The notes under the pieces are model-generated. The model had not been told where the DNA came from, made no database searches, and worked only from the letters and a program-made list of their open reading frames with translations. This document shows, piece by piece, positions 46,975 to 56,366 of a stretch of DNA of 64,000 nucleotides; position 1 is the first letter of the stretch; the number at the start of each line of letters is the position of its first letter. The stretch lies in assembly GCA_039818205.1 (NCBI GenBank), contig JBCBUK010000001.1, forward strand, positions 288,001 through 352,000, in the 5' to 3' direction. A program made the position numbers and the translations under genes. Source of the DNA: Verrucomicrobiota bacterium (GTDB lineage: Bacteria; Verrucomicrobiota; Verrucomicrobiia; Opitutales; Cerasicoccaceae).

Positions 46975-48165
46975 CTAGAGCTTAGGATAAATAATCTCCA
47001 ATGCGAGCAGAGAGTATGCGGATACAATGTTTGGATCACTTTCCATCCAACGCCCGTTTTCGTTGACCCAAAAGCCCGGATGTTTTTGCAGAGAAAGCAA
47101 CTTTTCAGCAAGTGCTTTTCGCCAGTTGATTTTGCGGCCGTCTTCCAAAATCAGAATATCCTCACCATAGGCATCTAACGCCTTTGCCATGGTATAGTAG
47201 TAGTAATATAGGCCTTGCTTGCCCATATTAGGATTTTCTTCGAGCGTGTAATGGGCCGTCAACCAATCGACGGCAGCTTGCACGCGGGGATCATCTTTGT
47301 CCACTCCAGCATAAAGGAAACTCATCAGCCCGGCATAGCTCATACTCCCATAGGAGCGGAGCGCGGTCTTACCGGAAGGAAGTTCGACGGGCCCCGCCTT
47401 GCTATCTCCCGGAAAATAGACAAAACCGCCCTGGTTGTCCGGATCGCCACTAACCCATTCCTGATGATTGGTTTCGGGCAGGTTTTGGCAATTTTCGACG
47501 AAGCTGATGGCTGCTTCCCAGTCGAGGTCGTAGTGCATCTCGTTGCGCTTAGCAAAGTCTTTGGTTTCGTAGAGAGCCTGGACCGCGAGCGACGTGTTCG
47601 ACATGTCTGAGTGCTCATAACTGTTGCCGTAGCCAATCCCACCCGAAAGAGCTTGGGTATCTGCGGTTGCATAAACCTGTTGCTGGTCGACTAAGAAGTC
47701 CCGTGCGGAACCAATGACCTCTTCCATCTTTTTGCTGTCCCAGTTGGGCAAATCGGTCTCAGCCCCGATTTTGTCGCGAAAAACGTTTAAAAACATCAAG
47801 GAGATCGCCGTGTTGTAGGAATAAAGACCGCGGTTATAGATGCCCCCGTCGGGCTTAACGCTTTCCGAGATATAGGCTAGTCCTTTATCAACGGTGTCTG
47901 ACTGCCGCCACTTGTCGGCATCGACCGGTGTTTCCAAGTAGGCCCTTAATACCAACGCCGATAAGTCCGGGTAATCGGGAGCCGACCAAAACCCACCTGA
48001 ATCCTGATTGTCGGCAAGGTAGACGAGACAACGATGAATCGCACCTTCTACTTCGTAACGCAACGACACGTCGCTGGCTGGAGCCTGCGCCTTCGCCAAA
48101 CATGCTGCAAATATGATGATGGAAGTCGAAAGGCATGACTTCGCCGATGGGATTATTTTCTTCAT
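46975..48165 (-). CDS. Exported prenyltransferase/squalene oxidase repeat (alpha/alpha toroid) protein
   Basis: QW-like repeats LADNQDSGGFW, SVKPDGGI, LSLQKHPGFW; GGIGYG...SDMSNT, GGFVY, YGSMSYAGL, GLYYYY; signal peptide. Confidence 0.82.
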   Translation of the reverse strand: MKKIIPSAKSCLSTSIIIFAACLAKAQAPASDVSLRYEVEGAIHRCLVYLADNQDSGGFWSAPDYPDLSALVLRAYLETPVDADKWRQSDTVDKGLAYISESVKPDGGIYNRGLYSYNTAISLMFLNVFRDKIGAETDLPNWDSKKMEEVIGSARDFLVDQQQVYATADTQALSGGIGYGNSYEHSDMSNTSLAVQALYETKDFAKRNEMHYDLDWEAAISFVENCQNLPETNHQEWVSGDPDNQGGFVYFPGDSKAGPVELPSGKTALRSYGSMSYAGLMSFLYAGVDKDDPRVQAAVDWLTAHYTLEENPNMGKQGLYYYYYTMAKALDAYGEDILILEDGRKINWRKALAEKLLSLQKHPGFWVNENGRWMESDPNIVSAYSLLALEIIYPKL

Positions 48166-48180
48166 GATAGATCCTTGAAG

Positions 48181-48879
48181 CTAGTTTTTGAATTGGGGTC
48201 GAAGTCGCAGCACAACATCTTCACCTACCGTTTCCAGTTTTTCCTGACTTAGACGCCAATTGAGCTCGTTGTTCGCATGGCTATAAACATCCGCAAGGCA
48301 GAGCACTTCGTCACCAAAACTCGAAAGGCTAATGAAATTCCCACTTGCGTCGGCCAGGTAGATGGCTGGATTGCCCTCAACTTTCGAAGGAACGATACGC
48401 GAACCTGCGAACAGGAACGGCTGTTCCTCAAACGGCTTCCCCTCGCGATCCTCCAATAGCTGGCTAATGGGAATCTCCTGCAATTCTTCATCAGAATCCA
48501 GATAAACGATTGATACATCAATGGGTTGGCCCGCAGGTAGAATATCACGCCAACGGGTTTCGCTTTCATCAATCGCTTCGCGCATGTGCGGATTGCCGGG
48601 CTTGGCCCCCATCAGCACGAGCATGAAGTGCACGTCCCGAGCCTTGGGTAGGATGCTAACCACCGACTCGTGTTCTTTGGTCCCTTCAGTGCACGCAACA
48701 AGTTCCAGCATATCATCGTGATCACAGACTCTTGCGTCGACATCAACGTACCGGTCAACGGCATGCATGCGCACGTGGGGCATGGTCGAAAACTCAACAA
48801 TGTGCTCTTTGGCCTCGTCACTCGCAATGGAATTGTTGGCCATCGTCCAAGCGATAGCCAAAAATAAAAAATACTTCAT
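48181..48879 (-). CDS. Exported YdjY-domain-like protein
   Basis: LELVAC...KEHESVV...VHFMLVLMGAKPG, FLFAGS, YLADASGNFISLSSF; signal peptide from ATG 48879. Confidence 0.7.
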   Translation of the reverse strand: MKYFLFLAIAWTMANNSIASDEAKEHIVEFSTMPHVRMHAVDRYVDVDARVCDHDDMLELVACTEGTKEHESVVSILPKARDVHFMLVLMGAKPGNPHMREAIDESETRWRDILPAGQPIDVSIVYLDSDEELQEIPISQLLEDREGKPFEEQPFLFAGSRIVPSKVEGNPAIYLADASGNFISLSSFGDEVLCLADVYSHANNELNWRLSQEKLETVGEDVVLRLRPQFKN

Positions 48880-49404
48880 ACGGTGATTACAGTCAATGTT
48901 CACGTTTTGATGAATTCCATACTCAACCACTGTAGCCTCATTTCAACAGATTTCTAAGCCTAAAAACAAAAAAGCAATCCGATACAGGCCTGATGAGACC
49001 TAGTCGTTTAACCGATTCGTAAATAATTTCTAAAACCCGCGAGGCAATCAATGAACACGGACGTTGAGAATTACGCCATGATCAGGAGGTATACTGACTA
49101 CGACATCATGTATATGCTGCTGATGACACTTCGTTAGTATTTGCAGAACGCACGGAACTCCAATCCGTTAAGATTGGCAGAGCCCCGATACATCTCACGA
49201 TTCTAATCGTTTTTGGGCGGAGGCCTGAAATTTAGATATCAGGAAGGCGCCGGATCGCTCCCAGGATTCGTTGCTATTCGTCGGTTCGAAAATCGACGGG
49301 CTCGCTAGGCTTGCGGATCTGTTTCTAAAATACCGACTAAAAATGGAAGCATTCGGGGCTATTTCTTGATTTGTCAGCGGCGACTTTTCATCTAATGTTG
49401 CGGT

Positions 49405-50514
49405 ATGAGAACTGTCCTGTTTTGCTTGTTCATTGGTTTTTCCGCGCTCAACGCCGCCCTCGTTGACGTATACTTCAGCACTCGCGGCGAACCAGCGGAG
49501 GGAATTTATCGGGCTAAGTTTGACGATACCAAAGGAACGCTCTCGGACATCGCCGTTGCCATGCCTATGCAAGGCAGCAATTTCTTAGCTTTCCATCCGG
49601 ATAAAAACATACTCTACGCCGCCGGGAAAGTAGATGGACAGGACGCCATCATTGCCATGATCGTTGATGGAAAAGGCTGGCTCAATATTCTGAACGCACA
49701 GCCCATCGAAGGCGGAGGCGCCGCGCACCTTTCGGTTCACCCGAGTGGAAAATTTTTGATCGCAGCGCAATATGGTGGAGGCTCCACCTCCGTCTTTCCT
49801 CTCGGAGATAATGGTTGGATCAAAAAGCAAACCGCCCGCCTTAAGCACACCCCAGAGGACCCCAATCAACCGATGAATCGGAAAGGCCCTCACCCGCACT
49901 GGACAGGCTTTTCTCCGGATGGCCGGTTTGCCTTTGTACCTGACCTGGGCCTTGACGAGATCGTCGTATACGAGGTGCTTGAAAACGCACCCTTCCTGGA
50001 ACCATCCTCACGCGCCAAGTCAATCGCCGGTGGTGGTCCTAGACATTTGCGATTCTCGACCGATGGGAAATTCGTCTTTCTCCTCAATGAACTATCACTC
50101 TCGGTAACAACCTTCGCCTACGATGCCGACACTGGAGAGCTCACTAAAATGACCACCGCCCCTGCCCTCACCGAAGAACAGAAAGCCGGGGAGTCTTTCA
50201 ACACGGCTTCCGAGATCTTGGTCCACCCAAATGGACAGTTCGTTTACTCGGGCAATCGTGGAAACGACAGCGTCACCGCCTACCGTGCGACTCCAGAAAC
50301 GGGTGAGTTGGAAGTTATCGAAGTTGAGCCAATTCGTGGCGCCTGGCCACGGAACATCAACCTGGATCCCTCAGGCCAATGGCTCCTAGCCGCTGGCATG
50401 CACTCTAATACCATTTCAGTCTTCTCAATCGATCCCGAAACCGGCGAACTGCAATATCCCCGTGGACGCATTTACTCGATCCCGCGAGTAAATTGCATTC
50501 TATTCAACGACTAG
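49405..50514 (+). CDS. Lactonase family 7-bladed beta-propeller (6-phosphogluconolactonase-like), secreted
   Basis: FLAFHP, AQYGGG, PHPH, VPDLGLD, GPRHLRF, LNEL, NRGNDS, WPRN. Confidence 0.9.
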   Translation: MRTVLFCLFIGFSALNAALVDVYFSTRGEPAEGIYRAKFDDTKGTLSDIAVAMPMQGSNFLAFHPDKNILYAAGKVDGQDAIIAMIVDGKGWLNILNAQPIEGGGAAHLSVHPSGKFLIAAQYGGGSTSVFPLGDNGWIKKQTARLKHTPEDPNQPMNRKGPHPHWTGFSPDGRFAFVPDLGLDEIVVYEVLENAPFLEPSSRAKSIAGGGPRHLRFSTDGKFVFLLNELSLSVTTFAYDADTGELTKMTTAPALTEEQKAGESFNTASEILVHPNGQFVYSGNRGNDSVTAYRATPETGELEVIEVEPIRGAWPRNINLDPSGQWLLAAGMHSNTISVFSIDPETGELQYPRGRIYSIPRVNCILFND

Positions 50515-50542
50515 TCCTGTCCGAAATTATGGTGCCGATAAA

Positions 50543-51676
50543 CTAGCGGCCAGACTCTAACACGCGAGCCCGACCAATCGCCGCCCCTTGGGAATAGTGA
50601 GTATCCACCTTGGCGGTCAACTCTACCTGGCTACCCCCTTGAAAGACCAAAATAAAATCGGAACCGCCGAACTGAAAATACCCGAGCTCTTCCCCCTTCG
50701 CCAGGCTCTGGCCGACTTCCGCGGTCAACACGATCGAGGACACCTGAGCCATTCCAACCGGAACACACGCGACCAGCCCGATTGGTGAGTCGAGCACAAC
50801 GATTCCGCGCATCTGCACGAACTGGTATCCCAGCCCATCGTCCGCATTTAAGACATCGACTGCCACACCTTGAGTCTGTTTCTGTTGAATGCTAACATCT
50901 AACCGAACTTGCCCGGGAATCACACGAGCTTCCAAGACCCTTCCGGTGACGGGCGAATGAAAGCGATGATAGTCAAAATTGTTCAGGAAGCAGTGAGTAA
51001 ACAAGCCATCAGCAAATGCGTTGGAGTATTGGCTTCCAGCGAGCAGCTGATTGAGCGTCCACTTGATACCTTTAAGATTGAGTGAGGAATCCTCAACTTC
51101 GATCGCTGCGTTTGAATCGATCCGCCATTGCTCAGCGAAAGTGGAATCTGCCGGTGAGACAATCACCGCATTGTTTGCCGGCTCCGCGACTGGTCGCCGA
51201 CCTGGTTTCGTGTGCCGCGCGAAGAATTGATTGAAGGTCAGGTATCCGCTCGGTGGTGGCATATAGTCATCCCAACGAAACATGGGAGCGTTCTGAAACA
51301 TCGCAATGTCGACAGCCGACTCAGTCGAATCCATGAACTTGCCCCAAGCCTTAGCATAGTCGACCATCCATTGAGACAACGGCGACAGCTGGCTGAGCTC
51401 ACCCTGAGCGACTGGGCTTTGAAGCCTGGCCAATGGCTCCTGGTCGAGGACAAAATAGAACGAAACGATTTTCTCGTAGATCAGCATCTGCTCACCCTTT
51501 TGAGTCGGCGGCCAAGACAGTAGCTCATCAATGAACGCCAAATAATCATCGGTCGTCTTGATTCCTGAAAGACTGGGCAAGCCAGTCTGATTCGCTAGCG
51601 CTACCGCCTGTTGAAAGTCACTCTCCCATCCCTGGGCGGAGATCAATCCAACGAGTTCATTAACAATCGGCTTCAT
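50543..51676 (-). CDS. psd: Phosphatidylserine decarboxylase family proenzyme (GGS-type)
   Basis: TFNQFFAR...RP, VSPADS, LKG, DYHRFHSPV-G, VGMAQVSS, KGEELGYFQFGGSD autocleavage motif. Confidence 0.85.
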   Translation of the reverse strand: MKPIVNELVGLISAQGWESDFQQAVALANQTGLPSLSGIKTTDDYLAFIDELLSWPPTQKGEQMLIYEKIVSFYFVLDQEPLARLQSPVAQGELSQLSPLSQWMVDYAKAWGKFMDSTESAVDIAMFQNAPMFRWDDYMPPPSGYLTFNQFFARHTKPGRRPVAEPANNAVIVSPADSTFAEQWRIDSNAAIEVEDSSLNLKGIKWTLNQLLAGSQYSNAFADGLFTHCFLNNFDYHRFHSPVTGRVLEARVIPGQVRLDVSIQQKQTQGVAVDVLNADDGLGYQFVQMRGIVVLDSPIGLVACVPVGMAQVSSIVLTAEVGQSLAKGEELGYFQFGGSDFILVFQGGSQVELTAKVDTHYSQGAAIGRARVLESGR

Positions 51677-51694
51677 CGGCAGTTTCTCGGATAC

Positions 51695-52297
51695 TCAACC
51701 GAGCTGGTTGGCTATCGTATCGATAGCACTGTCAAAAGGAGACATGCCATCGACCACAAAATCCGCTTGATCTCGGCCTGGCTCCACAAATTTTTCATGC
51801 ATTGGCCGAACGGTCTCGACATACTGATCCAGGATCGAACCCAGATTGCGTCCGCGAGTCGCCAGGTCTCTCCGTAAGCGACGTTCCAAACGGATATCAG
51901 CTGGCGTATCAACAAACACGGTGCAATCAAACTGCTCGACCAATTCAGGCACCGCAAACAAAAGTACACCATCCACGACAATATACGGAGTCGGCTCTAT
52001 CGATTCTGTTTCAGCCTGCCGTCGATGAGTCTCGAAATCATAGCACGGAATGCGCACTGCATGGCCCTCACTCAGCTGCGCCAAATGTTCAATGCACATT
52101 GCAATGTCTAAAGCCTCCGGATGGTCATAGTTACCTAGAACCAATGCCGGTATTGCCTCCGGGCTTCGGTAGTAGGCATCGAGAGAAAACCCAGACGCCG
52201 GTTGAAAACGTTGATCGGCCAAAATCGCCTCAGCCAGAGTCGTCTTACCACTACCGCTGCCACCGCAAACCCCAATAATATAGCTTCGCTTACCCAT
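51695..52297 (-). CDS. udk: Uridine kinase
   Basis: IGVCGGSGSGKTT, DAYY, NYDHPEA, YDFETH, RRLRRD...RGR, VRPMHEKFVEP. Confidence 0.93.
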   Translation of the reverse strand: MGKRSYIIGVCGGSGSGKTTLAEAILADQRFQPASGFSLDAYYRSPEAIPALVLGNYDHPEALDIAMCIEHLAQLSEGHAVRIPCYDFETHRRQAETESIEPTPYIVVDGVLLFAVPELVEQFDCTVFVDTPADIRLERRLRRDLATRGRNLGSILDQYVETVRPMHEKFVEPGRDQADFVVDGMSPFDSAIDTIANQLG

Positions 52298-52303
52298 GAT
52301 GAC

Positions 52304-53413
52304 TTACTCTCCGGCGGATGCGGGTGCCGCACTGGCAGCGCTTGGCGACGCAGAGACCGGCACCGACACGGTTGCGCCAGTGTCGCCTCCCGCCAAACGA
52401 GAACCCTCGTTGATCGCAATTGCCTGTGCCGCACTGCGAACAACCTGCTTCAGATATTCGTAGGCAGTCTCCCATGGATTTTGAGGAATCCAAACAATGT
52501 CCGACGGCTGCAGGTAAACGTCGGGCATCTCGCCAGTCATAATCTTATGAAAATCCACCACCGCGACTTGCGGCTCCCGCAATGATCCGCGAACAATAAC
52601 AACCTGCGACAGGTAGGCTTTTTGAGTTGGCCCCAACCCATACGCGATCGCCTCTGCCAAAGTCAGTTCATCTTTAAATGAAACCGCCTTGGGTTGATTA
52701 ATTCGCCCCAGAATAAGCACCGAACTTGCCTGAGCTGATGGCAGGTAGATGTAGTCGTTGTGCTCCAAATAGATGTTCTGAGTCATGTCACCGTCACGAA
52801 TAAGCTTTGTGAAGTCGACCGGGAGAACCTCGCCATCGCGAATAACAATACTATGCCCGAGATCTGCCAGCTCTTCTGTCGAGCCGGAGAATCGTGCGCT
52901 GAATAAACCGCCAGACATCGCAATTGCCTCGATCAAAGTGGTTGGTTGACGCAGCGGATAGAGCCCGGGATTGTAGACGCGCCCAAGCAACCAGTAGCGT
53001 CGACTCTTGACTTCAACCAGGGTGATATTGACGACCGGTTCGGCATAGTCTTGAACGAGCGCATCAGTCAACGCCCGACTCAGCTCCCTGATCGTCAGAC
53101 CTTCTGCCTTCACCCCACCGGCCAAATTGTAGTAAACCATACCATCAGGCATAATGAAGGTTCGCGCTAAGGTTCCGGGGATCTCAGCAACCTCGATCTC
53201 TAAAATATCGCCGGGTCCAAGGCGGTAAGGTGCCGTTGATGGCCGGAGCATCTCGGGTGTTAATTCTGCCTCTGGCTCTAGGATCTCAAACTCGGGATCC
53301 TGAGCGTTCCCAACCGGCGCGTAGGCATCAAATGTCGGTTCTGGCGCCTGCAAACAACCACCGAGAATCAGGAGGACTCCAAGCAATAGTCCTATCGAAC
53401 ATACGCGACGCAT
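52304..53413 (-). CDS. Polysaccharide export protein (Poly_export + SLBB), lipoprotein
   Basis: Lipobox LGGC, YRLGPGDIL, PDGMV, LGRVYNPGLY, SLBB repeats. Confidence 0.88.
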   Translation of the reverse strand: MRRVCSIGLLLGVLLILGGCLQAPEPTFDAYAPVGNAQDPEFEILEPEAELTPEMLRPSTAPYRLGPGDILEIEVAEIPGTLARTFIMPDGMVYYNLAGGVKAEGLTIRELSRALTDALVQDYAEPVVNITLVEVKSRRYWLLGRVYNPGLYPLRQPTTLIEAIAMSGGLFSARFSGSTEELADLGHSIVIRDGEVLPVDFTKLIRDGDMTQNIYLEHNDYIYLPSAQASSVLILGRINQPKAVSFKDELTLAEAIAYGLGPTQKAYLSQVVIVRGSLREPQVAVVDFHKIMTGEMPDVYLQPSDIVWIPQNPWETAYEYLKQVVRSAAQAIAINEGSRLAGGDTGATVSVPVSASPSAASAAPASAGE

Positions 53414-54372
53414 CAGGGAGTAATAATATTAGGCGTGTGAATATTGACGTAGGTAACCGCGGCACTCGTGATAAACGCCCGTATCGCCAAGTCGGTTAGC
53501 TCCTCCAACTCTGCGGTTGGCCGGTCCGCAACATAAATAATGTCTTTGGGTTTCAGCCGGAAGTCCTTCTCCTTGCCGGTCAAAATATCGGCTACGTTAA
53601 TTTCAAAGACTTCGGGCTCAGAAATACTACCGCGCACCACGATGACCCGGTGAACCCAGGCTTTCGGATTAAAGCCAAGCCGTCTGGTCAAGGCCGTAAC
53701 AATAGTTGCATTCGGGGTGAAGCTCTGGACACCAGGTTGGCCAACTGAACCAAAAACATAATACTCGTTGGTAACATTTGAGGCGATATAGATGTAGTCG
53801 TTCGGCTCAATGCTGATATTCTGGCTCATATCGCCCTCAAGAAAAAGCTTCTGAAAATTCACATCTAATCGCTCCTCTCCTCGCACAATAAACGAGCGCT
53901 CCATATCCGCCAATTCGATTGTGTTTTGCTCAAAGAGTCCAACTTCCAATCCGCCCGCACGGGCAACTGCTTCCACGAGAGTCAGCGGCCGATCCAGCGT
54001 AAACACGCCGCGCTTCATGACCTTACCCATAATCGAGAAACGTTTGCTCCCGACCTCTTCAGGCGTGATAATCACCCGCGGATTGCGAAAGTTTGTCGAG
54101 AGTCCTTTCTCAAATGCAATTCGTGCCTCGTCAATAGTGAGGCCATTGACATCGATATTGTTTGCTTGGAGATAGCTTACGGTTCCATCGGGGGCAATCC
54201 GGATGCCAGGACGGTCCAGTTCGGGTCGGCCGTAAAAGGAGAAATTTATCACATCGCCAGGGCCAAGTTCATAGCGATCTCGCCAAGACGAGTTATCACT
54301 ATTGGCAATCTGCTGGGCCAAACTCAGTACCGGTGCAGCGAGAACCAAATATACCAAATAAGCGCGGATCAT
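53413..54372 (-). CDS. Second polysaccharide export protein (Poly_export + SLBB)
   Basis: YELGPGDVI, PDGTVS, NPRV, AVARAGG, SLBB repeats; non-lipoprotein signal peptide. Confidence 0.88.
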   Translation of the reverse strand: MIRAYLVYLVLAAPVLSLAQQIANSDNSSWRDRYELGPGDVINFSFYGRPELDRPGIRIAPDGTVSYLQANNIDVNGLTIDEARIAFEKGLSTNFRNPRVIITPEEVGSKRFSIMGKVMKRGVFTLDRPLTLVEAVARAGGLEVGLFEQNTIELADMERSFIVRGEERLDVNFQKLFLEGDMSQNISIEPNDYIYIASNVTNEYYVFGSVGQPGVQSFTPNATIVTALTRRLGFNPKAWVHRVIVVRGSISEPEVFEINVADILTGKEKDFRLKPKDIIYVADRPTAELEELTDLAIRAFITSAAVTYVNIHTPNIITP

Positions 54373-56336
54373 GTTGGATTATTCGCGGGTTTCTTACTCA
54401 ATAGCACGCCCAGGAGCAAACCTGCGTGTTCAAAACCAGCCGCTAGCGGATTCGGTGCTGGTCGGCGCATTAGTATCATCCCATCGGGCTGCTGCAGCGT
54501 ATTTACGTATAGTCGCAAGTCCTTCTTCACCTGAGCGATCGGGTAAGTTTCATCGACCATGCAAAGCCAATGACCAACCTGCTCCAAAATCGGGATAATG
54601 GCTGGATAGGGATCGCCGCGGAGGCGCAAAAGCACTGGCCCTGCCCGTAGATTCTCCTCCGCCCAGGTGCGCCAGTCATCCAGATCCCGCCAAGCGACTT
54701 GTTGACCCTCGGAGCCACCGATATCCGAAGGTTTCTGGCTTAGGTCCAGGACTTTCAGAGGTGTGTCGTCGGATTCTGCCATCTGAAACAGCGTTTGCCA
54801 AAACGCGCATTCATTCTCCATATCAGCATGAGCCGTGACGATGGCGAGATAACCGTCACGTTGGAGTCGAATAAGGTCGGTCAACCAAAACGCGTTTAGA
54901 TCTGCCCGCCAACTGTCGCGACTCTCCGTCGACAGACTAAGAACCGGTTGCGCCCCAGCCGCAATGGCGTACGACAACGGGAAATAGGGACTCGGCCGAC
55001 GCTTTTCGAGAAACACGCTCAGAGCCAGTCCCAAAAATGCACCGCCGCTAAATCCTGCAAATCCGAGCAACAGGGCCTTCTTTCGGTTAACGGTTGCACT
55101 GACATCGCCCATGGACGGGTTTTGAAATACCTCCCAATATCCGGGTGCGTTCTCGGCAAAGATGCGCGCCTCCTGCAGCCGGCTATTCAATAACTCGAAG
55201 GCTCCACGAAGTTGGTCTCGTTGTTGCAAAAGTTCGCTATAGCGCAGGATCTGCCGTGGTAAGTGTTGCAAACGGCCCTTTTGTTCCTCGAGCAGTCGTT
55301 CGTATTCCTTGACCCGCTGATTTAACTGCAGCAGCTGGTTACGCGCTTGAACCACCTCCAAATACAGTTGGTTGCCGAGCGGCGTCCCCGTATAGCGCCG
55401 CAAGTCGTCACCCGGATCTTCCTTCTCTTCTTTCAGCTTCTCTTTCAAATATTCAATCGCATACAGCTTCTCTTTGACCAAGGGATTCGAGTCCGTGTAT
55501 CGACCCCGCAATTCCGCTAACTCTTCATTCGCAGATTTGAGCTGATCGGATATCGGACTCAGCTCTTGAAGCTCGGAAACCAGTGACTTGAGCTGCTCAC
55601 TCTTTGACTTTAGAAGGATACGAGCATCTTCCAGCTGGAGTTCCATCGTTGCAATTGCCCGGAGAGACGCTTCCAATTGTTTATCACCATCCAGAAAGTC
55701 GTTATCGGAAGAGAAATTCAGTAAGCGCTGATTTACTTCCTCAAGGTCACGGGCCAAGTCGCTACTTTCTTCATCGAGGAGTTCAAGCATCGTCACCGAC
55801 TCCCGGCGCTGCAGCCCGATCGTATAGTAGACGATCTCATCGGCCCAGAGCTTTACAGTATCAATTGCTGCCTGTGCACTTTGATCACTGTGCACTGTGA
55901 TGTAGAAAAAATCTGTCCCTTCTAGTTGTTCAATATCAACCGACCCCTTGAGCTTCTCCGGATCGATGCCCATAGCCGTCGCCGTTTTGTAGATCGCCTC
56001 GTTGGCGAATAGAGTTGAGCGCAAACTGCGATCATTCAACTCGCGGGGGCGAAAAGCATTGCCCTGCTCTGCAGCCTTAATCACGGAAGTCACCGGTTTC
56101 TTGATCAACTGCAGCGAAACCGAATAGGTCATCGTATTGAACGAAGAGCCAACGACGAATCCGATCACGGCCAGAACAAGCGCGAAACCAATCGGCCAAT
56201 AGCAACGCAAGACCAAGGCATAAACCCAACGGAGCGGATCGAAGCCGAGCGGGAATTTGAACCCGGGAGCTGACGAACTCGACTTCTCGGATGGAGAAGC
56301 AGCGTTGGCTGGGCGATCCCTGGGGACATCACTCAT
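54369..56336 (-). CDS. Polysaccharide chain-length determinant/co-polymerase (Wzc/GumC-like)
   Basis: Two TM segments flanking a long coiled coil with YTDSNPLV (Y-x-x-x-H/N-P motif); degenerate cytoplasmic domain. Confidence 0.82.
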   Translation of the reverse strand: MSDVPRDRPANAASPSEKSSSSAPGFKFPLGFDPLRWVYALVLRCYWPIGFALVLAVIGFVVGSSFNTMTYSVSLQLIKKPVTSVIKAAEQGNAFRPRELNDRSLRSTLFANEAIYKTATAMGIDPEKLKGSVDIEQLEGTDFFYITVHSDQSAQAAIDTVKLWADEIVYYTIGLQRRESVTMLELLDEESSDLARDLEEVNQRLLNFSSDNDFLDGDKQLEASLRAIATMELQLEDARILLKSKSEQLKSLVSELQELSPISDQLKSANEELAELRGRYTDSNPLVKEKLYAIEYLKEKLKEEKEDPGDDLRRYTGTPLGNQLYLEVVQARNQLLQLNQRVKEYERLLEEQKGRLQHLPRQILRYSELLQQRDQLRGAFELLNSRLQEARIFAENAPGYWEVFQNPSMGDVSATVNRKKALLLGFAGFSGGAFLGLALSVFLEKRRPSPYFPLSYAIAAGAQPVLSLSTESRDSWRADLNAFWLTDLIRLQRDGYLAIVTAHADMENECAFWQTLFQMAESDDTPLKVLDLSQKPSDIGGSEGQQVAWRDLDDWRTWAEENLRAGPVLLRLRGDPYPAIIPILEQVGHWLCMVDETYPIAQVKKDLRLYVNTLQQPDGMILMRRPAPNPLAAGFEHAGLLLGVLLSKKPANNPT

Positions 56337-56366
56337 GATCAATCAGTCGATGGGTATTTTCCGCGT

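Noticed and set aside
46975..48165. Squalene-hopene cyclase (shc)
   Set aside because: Too short, no DxDD, and has a signal peptide.
48985..49010. CTGATGA followed by a short GAC/GTC stem, resembling a hammerhead ribozyme core
   Set aside because: The required GAAA after stem II is absent (GTTT instead).
50543..51676. PsiD-like tryptophan decarboxylase assignment
   Set aside because: The same pyruvoyl fold and GGS motif are shared, but nothing in the sequence or context supports a non-lipid substrate.
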